Part shown: positions 1 through 11,263 of the stretch, piece after piece | Numbering within the stretch: the stretch's first letter is position 1 | How the letters are laid out: the number at the start of each line of letters is the position of its first letter | Source of the DNA: Negaprion brevirostris | Taxonomy: Eukaryota | Direction of reading: 5' to 3' | NCBI GenBank assembly: GCA_030324005.1 | Contig: JARDVH010000132.1 | Coordinates: 50,303,971 to 50,366,914 of the forward strand | Length of the DNA stretch: 62,944 bases | Made by a program: the position numbers and the translations under genes | Notes under the pieces: generated by a model | The model's database searches: none | What the model was told of the DNA's origin: nothing | Seen by the model: the letters and a program-made list of their open reading frames with translations, nothing else

Positions 1-205
1 GGGATAGTCTGTGGGCGATGTGGTGCGGACTTGATGGACAAAGTGGCCTCTTTCTGCACTGTACAGATTCTCCGGTTCTTCTCTCCCTAACCTCCTGTCT
101 TTTGTGTGGGATTACGGGGATGGGGAAGGATAGAGGGCGTGCGTAAGACACTCTAAGTCGGTGCAGACTCAATGGCCTCCTTCAGCACGTTAGAGATTCT
201 ATGTC
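1..205 (+). mobile_element. Two tandem 3' tail fragments of HE1-type SINE
   Basis: tggcctctttctgcactgtacagattct and ggtgcagactcaatggcctccttcagcacgttagagattctatg resemble the tails of the full copies at 467 and 9325. Confidence 0.6.
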
Positions 206-466
206 TGAAATGTCTTACTGTAGACTACTAACTCATATATTGAGTGTGGTTCCATTTGTTCATGGGTATATTAGCACAGTCTTGGCAATTGCCTACACCT
301 CCATACCACTGCCCGATCCAACATCTGTCCTGAACTTAATTTGTGGGTTGCTGCTGACAACGCAAACTTTATTGAGGTGTTTTTGAGCATGTAACATTCT
401 GAAGATATAGAGAAGAACTGAAGGACTGTCTCTATGTGTGAAATTTTTTAATTAGAATGACTTCAA

Positions 467-778
467 GGGCAGCATGGTGGCACAGTGGTTAACACTGCTG
501 CCTCACAGTGCCAGGGACACGGCTTCAATTCTGAACTTGGGTGACTGTCTATGTGGAGTTTGCACATTCCCCCTGTGTCTTCATGGGTTTCCTCAGGATG
601 CTCCCGTTTCCTCCCACAGTCCAAAGATCTGTGGGTTAGGTGGACTGGCCATGGTAAATTGCCCCATAGTATCAGGAGGATTAGCAGGGTAAATGTATGG
701 GGATAGGGCATGGGTGGGATTGCTGTCGGTGTAGGTTTGATGAGACAAATGGCCTCCTTCCGCAATGTAAGATTTCTA
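467..778 (+). mobile_element. HE1-type tRNA-derived V-SINE, near full length, CR1-type tail
   Basis: tRNA-like head (ggtggcacagtggtt A box, ggcttcaattc B box), V domain tgtggagtttgcac...ggtttcctc...tttcctcccacagtccaaaga, tail tggcctccttccgcaatgtaagatttcta. Many copies in the window. Confidence 0.85.
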
Positions 779-1539
779 AAGTATATCCTTGAGTCTGCTT
801 TCTAGAATAAATGATGGACCTGAGTAAGGAATTCATTGTGGCTTTCCTTCCAGTCAAATTAGCAAGAGAAGCTAGGGGTCAGACAAGGCCCAAACAAGTA
901 AGTTTCACTGTTTTAAAAAAAAGTCGAAAGTTTTGTGTTGTGGGACAGAAGAATCATGTGAGCCCCTCCACAAGGAAATTTAAACTCCCTAAACTCTTCC
1001 TGCAACTGGTCCTTCACAGCAACTGCTGCTGCCCGAAATTGCCCACTCATGCACTGAAACAGCTTTTACTGTTTAGCACTCCCATACCCCTCCCCAAATT
1101 GTAGGTGGCAAACTGATGTAGGGCATCAAGGAGTAAAAGTTGTTGAATAGGTCAGGACAATTTTTGACCCACCTGAATTGCTGACCCCAAGTTAAAGTCT
1201 TGGTGTTGGTGTTTTGTTTTTCATTTCATGCACATTCTTCTAAATTGTTTTGATTACTTAGTGGTTGACAAAGCTTGGAAAGCTACAACATTTTATCTCA
1301 GAAATAATGCTGCAATATAGTTATTTTAAACACACAGTCTATCAGCTATCAAGTGGTCTGCAAGTACCGTTGCTGATGAAAAGCAGAACTACATCCTTTA
1401 TGGAAAAGGCAGATTACAGACCTCCTCAACAATATTGTTCTGTTCACATTTAAGTTGTTTTAAAAGGGTAATGAAACTCACAATGGAATTTCACTGCCAG
1501 TTAGCAGAAAAATAATGGAATCTTTACTCAAAGATGTAA

Positions 1540-2960
1540 TAGAAAAATATTCAAAATTGGAAACATAACAGCTCACATTTCAAAAGATGTGATCATGCTT
1601 GACCAATCTTATTTTTTAAAAGAAGTACTGGAAGTGTAGACAAGGCAATGTAGTAGATATAAAATTGGATTTTCAAAGAGCCTGGGTCATAAGTACAGTG
1701 CCATATTGAAGGTCAGATCACACACGTGGAGTCATAGCTGACTGGATGGCAAGCTGGCTCCAAAACAGAAAACAAAGTAGTTTTAAGAGTAGCTACTCTG
1801 GTTGCATCACTGATATCTGTGGAACGCCACTTCTCGCTATTTGTCAATGTCGTTAATTTAATTAATGATTTGGCCTTGTGAATTGGAAGTAAAATTTCAA
1901 ATTTTGCTGATGTTGTGAAATTGGAAGCTGTGGGTAATACAAAGGAAGAATGTAACCAAATGCAAGAAGAATTAATAACCTTGCAAAATAGGCAAGTAAT
2001 TGGCAAATTAGTTTCAGTATAGTTAAGTTTGAGATGCTGCATTTTAGGATGAAGAATAAATAGGTTACATTCTGCTTAGGTAATCTGAATAGAGCGAAGC
2101 AGCAAAGGATAGAATCATAGAATCTCTACAGTACAGAAGGAGACCATTCGGCCCATCAAGTCTGCACCAATCACAATCCCACCCACACCCTATTCCCGTA
2201 GCCCCACATATTTACCCTGCTAATCTCCCTGACACTAGGGTCAATTTAGCACAGCCAATCAACCTAACTCGCACATTTTTGGAGTGTGGGCGGAAACTGG
2301 AGTACCTGCAGGAAACCCACGCAGGCACAGGGCGAATGTGCAAGCTCGACACAGATAGTGACCCGATGCTGGAATTGAATCCGGGTCCTGATGTTATGAG
2401 GCAGCAGTATTAATGCCACGGTGCCGCCCCTGAATCTGGATCTAGGGGCATGGATACACATAACCAAATGTAGGGACGTTGTCAGTGTCATTTTAAAAAA
2501 GCACACAGTACTGGAGTTTATTGTACTGGAATTGAAAAGCAGATGAGTTATGTTAAACATTTGTTAAATCTTGGACAGACTATCCTTGGAGTGCACTGTT
2601 TTAGTCTTCATATTTTAACAAAGAAATAGAGGCATTGATGAAATTTCAAATAAGATACCAGAACTGAGGAGATAAGCAGAATTGGCTAAACAGAAAAGTG
2701 AGGGCTGATAGATAATAACATAATGGAAGAGTTTAATAGTGTAGTAGAAGAAATGTTTCTACTTGTGGGGAGACTGAAGGTAGAGGTCATAAATATAATG
2801 TAATGACTAATAAATCCAATAGGGAATTCAAAAGACATTTTTTCACTCCAAAAATGATTAGGATGTGGAACATGNNNNNNNNNNNNNAATAGAGGCCAGG
2901 GGCTCACGCAAAGCATAGACCAGTTGTGCCAGATGACCTGTTTATGTGCTGCATACTTGT
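1540..2960 (+). mobile_element. Highly decayed CR1-type LINE ORF2/3' fragment, interrupted by a SINE
   Basis: Residual RT motifs: gattttcaaagagcc (DFQ-A) and tcaaattttgctgatgttgtgaaattgg (S-FAD--KL). CR1-like 3' end near 2900-2960. Confidence 0.65.
2109..2429 (-). mobile_element. HE1-type V-SINE, full length, nested in the CR1 fragment
   Basis: Reverse complement of the 467 copy, from atagaatcatagaatc (tail) to ccacggtgccgccc (head). Confidence 0.85.
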
Positions 2961-3292
2961 AAGTATTACAGAGTGACAGATAAATGTATCACAAACCTGC
3001 AGTTCAGAACTAAAATTCAAAAGTTTCAACTAAATAAGAGAAAAGCAACAAAGTTAACCTTTTCATTAGACAATATAAATGATATTGACCTCTTTAAATA
3101 TCTTAATATTATGCATTGAACCATAGAAATTTACAGCATGTGAGGAAGTTATTTGGCCATTTTAACTGCAGTATTCAATTTCCCTGAAAATGTTAAATAT
3201 TTTGCCTCAATTATGTTAACCACTTGACATGGAAAATTGTCTTTACCGACCATACACACATTTTCTCAGCTTGTGAAATAGGATCAGAACCA

Positions 3293-3445
3293 CTGAAAGA
3301 TATGCTGGTTAGGTGTATTGGCCATGCTAAATTCAACCCCAGTGTAGCTGAACAGGCGCCCGTGTGTGGCAACTTGGCATTTTCACAGCAACTTCCTTGC
3401 AGTGTTAGTGTAGGCATACTTGTGACACTAATAAATAAACTTTAA
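3293..3445 (+). mobile_element. 5'-truncated V-SINE with alternative (Rex-type) tail
   Basis: ggttaggtgtattggccatgctaaattc followed by ttttcacagc...acttgtgacactaataaataaacttta. Confidence 0.75.
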
Positions 3446-3947
3446 ACCACCTTTCTTCTTGAAACTAGTTTCCTATTCTGGTATCATCCTGGTAGTCAAT
3501 GCTGGATGGCTTTATTGCCTATTTCAAGATGGGTATCAAATTGTACACAATCATTAAATGACTTGATCAGTATTTGATCATCTAAATTGATCATTTGTTT
3601 TCTATATTTGTACTTGATCCTTAAGTTTAAAACCCACAATTCTGTATGGCTTTATTTCTCTGCACTCCGCATTTCCTCTCTTTCCCCCTTTCCCGCCTTC
3701 TTTGGGTATCATGCCCTAGGATGGCATTGAGCACCATGAATTTCCATGCTTTGGTTTGTGGTTATGTTTGGCAAGGTTCTGCAGTGGTTTGCTATTGCTT
3801 CTGCAGGTTCTGGATGACTCTGCCAAAGGCATATTGAATAGGGCCGCAGGCTAATGGTTAGCCTGTTTAGCCATGCCATGGCATGCATGCATCTTGCATG
3901 GCCATCAAGCCCCAGAGTAAATCTCAAAACTGGAGCTTCACCACCTT

Positions 3948-4144
3948 GGGATGGCATGGTGGCAAAGTGGTTAGCGGTGTGGCCTTGCAGCGCCAGGGAC
4001 ACAGATTCAATTCCAGCCTCAGGTGACGGTCTGTGGCAGTTTGCATGTTTGTCCATGTCTGAATGGGTTCCCTCTGGATATTCTGGTTTTCCTCCCACAG
4101 TCCAAAGGTGTGCAGGGTTAGGTTGGTTGGCCATGACAGGGAGA
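3948..4144 (+). mobile_element. HE1-type V-SINE, 3' end runs into a gap
   Basis: Head ggcatggtggcaaagtggttagc and V domain, as in the other copies. Confidence 0.8.
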
Positions 4145-6065
4145 NNNNNNNNNNNNNNNNNNNNNNNNNNNNNNNNNNNNNNNNNNNNNNNNNNNNNNNN
4201 NNNNNNNNNNNNNNNNNNNNNNNNNNNNNNNNNNNNNNNNNNNNNNNNNNNNNNNNNNNNNNNNNNNNNNNNNNNNNNNNNNNNNNNNNNNNNNNNNNNN
4301 NNNNNNNNNNNNNNNNNNNNNNNNNNNNNNNNNNNNNNNNNNNNNNNNNNNNNNGAACTTAAAAGCTTTCCACACCTGCTGGTTGTGTCCTAACTCTCAC
4401 CACATTCCACTCAACTCTCAGTCCTGTGCTGGCTGAACCACATTAGGCTGCAATTAAGCAATGTCTTGAGATTTTAGCTCTCATGCTTGATTTCAGATCC
4501 CTCTATGGCTTCACTCCTCATCTCCAACCTGTTACAACCTCCCCACCTTGCTATCTTCGTGTAAGGCACTTATTAAGCTACCTCTTGCACCAAGATTTTT
4601 GTCGACTGATCTGTTATCTACTTAAATCGATGTTTTGTTTTACAATGCACCTGTCAAAGAGCCTGGGATACTTTATTATATTGAAGTGCGACATTAATGT
4701 AAGTTATTTTACTCTCATTTCCAGACAATTATTCCGGAGACCACAGTTATTCACACTCATCTTTCTAATGAGTGTATGATTCCATTCTTTGACTTTCCTC
4801 CCAGAATGTACTGCTCCACAATGTTGTTCGGCTGATCTGTCCCTATACCAGTAATCTGCCTTTATGAAGTCCTTTACAGTCCTCACTGAACTTAAAATTC
4901 CCTATTGACTGATCAACCATTTAATGGTATTTTTGATACCCTTATCCTTCGCTAACTTTAATTGTTAAAAATCAATTTTAACTTGTGCATTGCATTTTGG
5001 CTGGTACTGAACACTATAAAAATGAGAGTTGAGGAAATTATGTATTTGAAATTGTATTAAGAGCAGTGGAGTAACCAAGCAGTCAAAAATTTTTTAAAAA
5101 TGACGGTTATTGCAGCTGTCACTAACCGATCTGTGAAATTGCCTAACTTAGAGGCGCACAATCAGAATTATTTGCAGAAGTTACAAAAGCAGTTGGTTTA
5201 TTGAATTTGATTTTTAATTGTGATATTTTACTTTTCTTAACAATTAAATCTCTGCTCTTGTTTTACATTTATTATAGATGAGTGTTATTGTTTAAAAAAT
5301 ATATTGTTTCATTTTTGAACCTGGTGTTTGCACTGAGCAGTTTTATAGTGCAGGATTATGCAAATCTTACGTACAGCCCAACAACATGTACCTCAATTCC
5401 TGATTTCAGAACAGTGCCAGTACTGCAGAAGTGTGACTAATTGGTTTGCCACACCAACCCATGGTGTCTGAAAGTCCAACAGTCATTTTAAACTACTGGC
5501 TGTTTGCAGTAATGGACACTATTCCGTAGTTATTGGCAAAATAAATTCTGAAACTTTCATCAATCCAGACTGGTTTAAAACAGACAGCCTTGGGTTTAAT
5601 TGTCTGACCACAACACAATTTAAATAATTACTGATCAGAAGTCATTTTGATGCTGTTGCACGGGATTTGCAACACAGTCAAAAATGCTGTATAGGCAAAC
5701 TCCGCATTTAGACTACTTGAAATTTATACTGCTTTGAAGTTTTTTTTTAAAGTTGCAGAGTAAAGACTTAAGTGCTGACATGCAAGTAGAGAAAGGAATG
5801 TCAAGTAAACTGCACTTGTACATTCTATTCTTAATTGAAAGTAATTTAATTCAATGATCTGATTATTTTAACACTAAATTCAATTTTGTGTTATGCACAT
5901 TGCTTAATTCCATTTACTTTCTTTTTTGCGAAAGATTGGTTTTGAATTATAAAGAGTAGACTTTCTCATGATACAACTTTAGGACCTATGTGAAAAGAGA
6001 GTAAATGGGCAGGTGACTCCAATGTTAGATTTTACAAATCTATCATTGGAGTCAAGATCTAGAAC

Positions 6066-6767
6066 TTTACAGAAAAAAAAAATTATGAGCCTTGTTCAAA
6101 TTGTAAAGGGCCAATTTGTTCCAACATGTATTTTCAAATGATCAAACACAAAGATGGAAAGAAAGATGGAGAGAAGTAATTTTTAGGAAATAAGGAATGG
6201 GCCTAAGATCCTAAAATTGACTGAGTTACAAGAAACAGGTGAATCTTAATTTCAACACAAAGATTATATGGAGGGGGAGATTATTTGGAGCTCAGATGGG
6301 GAAAAAGAAGCACTGAGTTTAAAAAAAAATTGATCCATTAAAAAAAGACACACAAGTTTATTACACACCTTGACGGGAATTGTCTGAGATGAAGTGTGAA
6401 AGAGGCCTTCAAAGGTAGCACAATTTTTCATCATGCACTTCATGGCACATCAAGAGTAGGTGAGAGTTAGACATTGCTTTGGACTAATCAGGTAGCATAG
6501 CCTTGGTACTTAATTGTGCGGCGTGAAATCACATTTAAAGTAATGTTTCTCTTCAGGAATTATGTCATTTTCACTAAATTATACTATCAAAAAAAACAAT
6601 TGCATGGAAGCTTTAAAAATAGAAACTATAGAAGTAGCTGTCTTATATAGGTGAGTTGATTAGAAGAAGTTTAACATTCACTTTGTGTCTGATCATTTGA
6701 AAATACATGTTGGAACAAATTGGCCCTTTACAATTTGAACAAGGCTCATAACTTTTTTTTCGGTAAA
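6066..6767. repeat. Long inverted repeat: arms 6066-6153 and 6681-6767, 527-bp spacer
   Basis: The 62-bp core ttatgagcc...caaatgatca (6083-6144) is the exact reverse complement of 6690-6751. The full arms differ by 3 substitutions and 1 indel. Confidence 0.9.
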
Positions 6768-7196
6768 CCTGGAATTCATTTCAGTACCTGAATAAACAAT
6801 TGAGGTTAGGTGCAAGAATTTTTTCCATTATGAGTAANNNNNNNNNNNNNNNNNNNNNNNNNNNNNNNNNNNNNNNNNNNNNNNNNNNNNNNNNNNNNNN
6901 NNNNNNNNNNNNNNNNNNNNNNNNNNNNNNNNNNNNNGGTAAACCTGGAATTCATTTCAGTACCTGAATAAACAATTGAGGTTAGGTGCAAGAATTTTTT
7001 CCATTATGAGTAATATGTATTCCTGCCAATATATTCCAGCAGAACAATTTGAACCATTCGTATAATTTTACATTTAGGGGGCTGACATTGATATTTTCCC
7101 CATGCCATTCAGGTAAAGGTTGCATATTGTTTATGGTCTGTTTATTTTATTCAGAAGTTCCACTAAGTTCTAGGTCTTGATGATGACAGCAACAGT

Positions 7197-8490
7197 GATT
7201 TGATTTGATTTATTATTGTTACATGTATTAGTATACAGTGAAAAGTATTGTTTATTGCGCACTGTACAGGCAAAGCATACTGTACATAAAGAAGGAAACG
7301 AGAGTGCAGAATGTAGTGTTAAAGTCATAGCTAGGGAGTAAAGAAAGATCAACTTAATGCAAGGTAGGTTCATTCAAAAGTCTGATGACAGCAGGGAGGA
7401 AACCGTTCTTAAGTTGGTTGGTACGTGACCCTAGACTTTTGTATCTTTTCCCCCAATGAAGAAAGTGGAAGAGAGAATGTCCGGGGTGCGTGGGGTCCTT
7501 AATTATGCAGGCTGCTTTGCCGAGGCAGCAGGAAGTGTTGACAGAATTAATGGATGGGAGGTTGGTTTGCGTGATGGATTGGGCTACTTCATGACCTTTT
7601 GTAGTTTCTTGCAGTCTTGAGCAGAGCAGGAGCCATACCAAGCTGTGGAACAACCAGAAAGAATATTTTCTATGGTGCATCTGTAAAAGTTGGTGAGCAT
7701 TGTAGCTGACATGCCAAATTTCCTTAGTCTCCTGAGACAGTAGAGGCATTGGTGGGCTTTCTTAATTATAGTGTCGGCATGGGGGGACCAGAACAGGTTG
7801 CAGGTGATCTGGACACCTAAAAGCTTGAAGCTTTTGACCATTTCTACTTTGTTCGCATTGATGTAGACCGGGACATGTTCTCTATTACACTTCCTCAAGT
7901 CAATGGCAATCTCTTTCATTTTGTTGACATTGAGGGAGAGATTATTGTTGTCGCACCAGTTCACCAGATTCCCTATCTCATTCCTATACTCTCTCTAGTA
8001 ATTGTTTGAGATTCAACTTACTATGATGGTGTCATCAGCAAACTTGAAAATCGAATTGGAAGAGGATTTGGTCACCCAGTCATAGATGCATAAGGGGTAC
8101 ATTAGGAGGCTGCGAAGACAGCCTTGTGGGGCACCAATTCAGGATGATCATAGAGGAGGTGTTGTTGTCCACCCTTACTGTTTGTGATCTGTGGGTTAGG
8201 AACTTCAGGATCCAGTCACAGAGGGAGGAGCTGAGGCCCAGGTCATGGAGTTTGGAGATGAGTTTTGTAGGAATAATGGTGTTGAAGGCTGAGCTGCAGT
8301 CAATAAATAGGAGTGTGACATAGGTGTCTTTGTTATCTAGGTGTTCCAAAGTTGAGTGCAGGGCCAGGGAGATGGCATCTGCTATGGACCTGTTGCAGTG
8401 GTAGGCAAACTGTAGTGGATCCAGGCAGTCTGGGAGGCTGGAATTGATTCATGCCATGACTAACCTTTTGAAGCTTTCATAATGATGGAT
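7197..8490 (-). mobile_element. Rex1/Babar-clade non-LTR retrotransposon, 5'-truncated, frameshifted RT pseudogene
   Basis: Minus-strand ORFs 8080..8349 ([18 protein letters not shown]), 7584..7964 (WCDNNNLSLNVNKMKE...FYRCTIENILSGC) and 7354..7749. Tail caataataaatcaaatcaaatc. Confidence 0.85.
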
Positions 8491-9324
8491 TAAAGTGCCT
8501 TTAATATATTAAAATTCTTCAAAGGGGTGTTATAATGCAAAACTAGACATAGAGCTGCATATTGTGATATTAGGAAAGGTGATCAACAATTTGGTCAGCG
8601 TTTTGAGGACTATCTTAAATATTGCTGAAAAAAGACATTTTGTCAAAGCCCTTTGTATTTCATTCACCAGAACATATGCAGGAATATGAATGTAATGCCG
8701 TGACGACTTCAGAGACATTTGCGGGTTTTCCCTCTTCCATTCTGGACTGTAAGCAAATAACACCTATCTAATAAAGCTTTACTAACTTTAGTCTACCACT
8801 AAAACCATCAAATGTAATCCTGCAAACTTCTCCAGAGGAAGTTTTTCCACTGATGGGATATATCATGGTTCAAGTAGAAGCTAATGGCTGAATCAGCAGA
8901 AATATTAATAATATTCATAATAAAAGAAACATAACACAAAATAAAACTTTCCTGCACTCTTTATTAAGTTTAACTGGGGAGCAGTTAACCAATAGGTTGA
9001 TGATAGTCAAAAACTTCTAGGGAGGTATAGTAAAATGTTTGAGAATACTTTCAGGTCCACGACTGGAGTTGAAGCAAGACTCAAGATCAAATCTGATAGC
9101 ACCTCTTGATGTTTAATGACAAGAACTATGCCATATGCAATTAAACCAAAAGTAGAAGTGGAACTAGAGAAACCAATAAAGGATGGAGTAATTGACCTGT
9201 AACCATGAGCAATTGGGCAACTCCAATCTTCCCTGTCATTAAACCAGGTGGTTCTATAAAAACTTCCAGTGACTTCAAGATGACAGTAAATCCAGTGTTC
9301 TGTGTTGATTAGTACTCCTTACCA

Positions 9325-9680
9325 GGCTGGCATGTTAACACAGTGATTATCACTACTGCTTCACAGCTCCAGGGATCTGGATTCGATTCCTGGTTTGGGT
9401 CACTGTCTGTGTGGAGTTTGCACATTCTCTTCATGTCTGCATAGATTTCCTCCAGGTGCTCCCATTTCCTCCCACAGTCCTAAGATGTGCGGGTTAGGTT
9501 GATTGGCCATATTAAAAAATGCCCCTTAATGTTGTGAGATGTGTAGATTAGAGGGATTAGCGGGTAAATATGTAAGGATATGGGGATAGGGCCTCGATGG
9601 GATTGTGATCGGCGCAGATTTGATGGGCTGAACGGCCTCTTTCTGCACTGTAGGGTTTCTATGATTTCTATAATTCTATG
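9325..9680 (+). mobile_element. HE1-type V-SINE inserted in the Gypsy RT
   Basis: Full head, V domain and CR1-type tail. Splits the RT motif YSLP|IEDLF. Confidence 0.88.
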
Positions 9681-11148
9681 AATCGAGGACCTATTCATTG
9701 GGTTGTTGGTGGGGGTAAGCAGTAAGATAGACTTGTCCCAAGCAAATCTCCAAATGAATGTGGTGACTGAGTCACAACCACTGCTAATGATTGATTTTCA
9801 CAAAGGGATGTTCTAGTATAAACGCTTATCATTCAGGATAACATCAGCACCAGCCTTACCCCAAAAATCCATGGATGAATTCCTAAGTAACTTCAACAGT
9901 GTCCAGTGTTTTGAATGACATTCTAATCACGACAAAAATGAATGGGAGCATTTACAAAACTTACAGAAATCACTGGAGCATCAAGAGAAGCACAATCTTT
10001 AGGTGAAGAAAGAAAAATGTGAACTTTTCAAACTGTCACTCTAGATGATGTAATAGATGGCCTCCATAAAGAATCAAATAAAATTATAGTGATCCTAGAG
10101 GCTCCAACACCACAAAGTGTGTTACAGTTGTGATAATGTTTAGGACTAATAGATTATTATGGAATATTCATTCTAAACCTTGCAATGCTAGTGAAGCCGC
10201 TTCATACCTTATTGTGTGCTAACCAACAATGAAATTAGACGGAAGAGTATGAAAATGCATACAAAGGAGTTAAAGGCATACTAAAGAAATGTGAAGTATG
10301 GGTCCACTTTAACCTCAAGTTGAAAATTCAACCAATGTGTGACACATCTTATAGGATGCATGTTTCACACATCATGCCAACAGGGGAAAAATGACCAATA
10401 AATAGCCTTTGCATCTTGAACTTTATCAAGCACTGAACAGAATTATGCTTAACTTGAGAAAGAAGCCCTGAATGTGATGTTTGGAGTCAAATATTTCACC
10501 AGTACCTGTATGGGAGATACTTCATTTTGTTGATCAACATCAGGCCGTTTTTGGCCCATACAAGGGAATTCCATCATTAGATGCAAATCATTTGCAAAGG
10601 TCTTGTTTAATACCATCAGTAAATAATTATGATATTAGCTATAAGAAATCAGAGCAACATGAAACACTGATGCCTTATCGCGATTGTCAATTCAGGACAA
10701 AATCAAATCACGGGGTTACATATAGTTTTCCGTGGTAGAGAATATACCAATAACATCGTCTCAAGTGCAAAGACACATTAGGGACGATCCAGTGATTGTG
10801 AAGATTGTGGACATGGCCTTAAGAGGACCATCACTGGACAAACAAAAAAGAATCCTGAATTCAGACCTTGCATTATGAGGGAACTTGAATTAACTGTCCG
10901 AAACAGACTACTGCTCTGGGGATCAGAGCAATCTTTCTTTCAAGATTGCAAAGCTGAGCCCTGAATCAACTTCATGAAGGTCATCCAGGATAGTAAGAAT
11001 GAAAGAGTTTGCAAGAAACTGTTTCTGGTGGCTGGGACTTGACTCTGAAATAAAAGAAAAGGTGGAGCAATGCCAATCCTGTGCTAGAATGCAAAATACT
11101 TCACCTCAACAACCACTTCATCCATGGGAATGGCCAAAACGAACCATG

Positions 11149-11263
11149 ATGTGGTGATGCCAGCGTTGGACTGGGGTAAACACAGTAAGAAGTCTCATAA
11201 CACCAGGTTAAAGTCCAACAGGTTTATTTGGTAGTAATCACCACCACTTTTCGGAACACTGTT
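11149..11263 (-). mobile_element. Penelope-type terminal repeat fragment inserted in the Gypsy integrase
   Basis: aagtctcataacaccaggttaaagtccaacaggtttatttggtagt...tttcggaacactgttcc, homologous to 16330-16407. Flanked by CCATG on both sides. Confidence 0.75.

Noticed and set aside
467-545. tRNA-like A and B boxes
   Set aside because: These are SINE heads followed by the V domain, with no complete cloverleaf; not tRNA genes.
1373-1400. Other CTGANGA heptamers (for example ~1373, 7382, 25211, 42066) as hammerhead or C/D snoRNA candidates
   Set aside because: None has a stem II followed by GAAA, or a properly spaced C/D box pair with a terminal stem.
463-4393. ORFs such as 463..765, 474..692, 3709..4134, 3854..4393 and 14507..14789
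   Set aside because: Chance read-throughs of V-SINE sequence; the same pseudo-peptides recur at each copy.
6762-7013. 76-bp exact direct repeat (6762-6837 = 6938-7013)
   Set aside because: Identical copies directly flank a 100-N gap, typical of unmerged overlapping contig ends.
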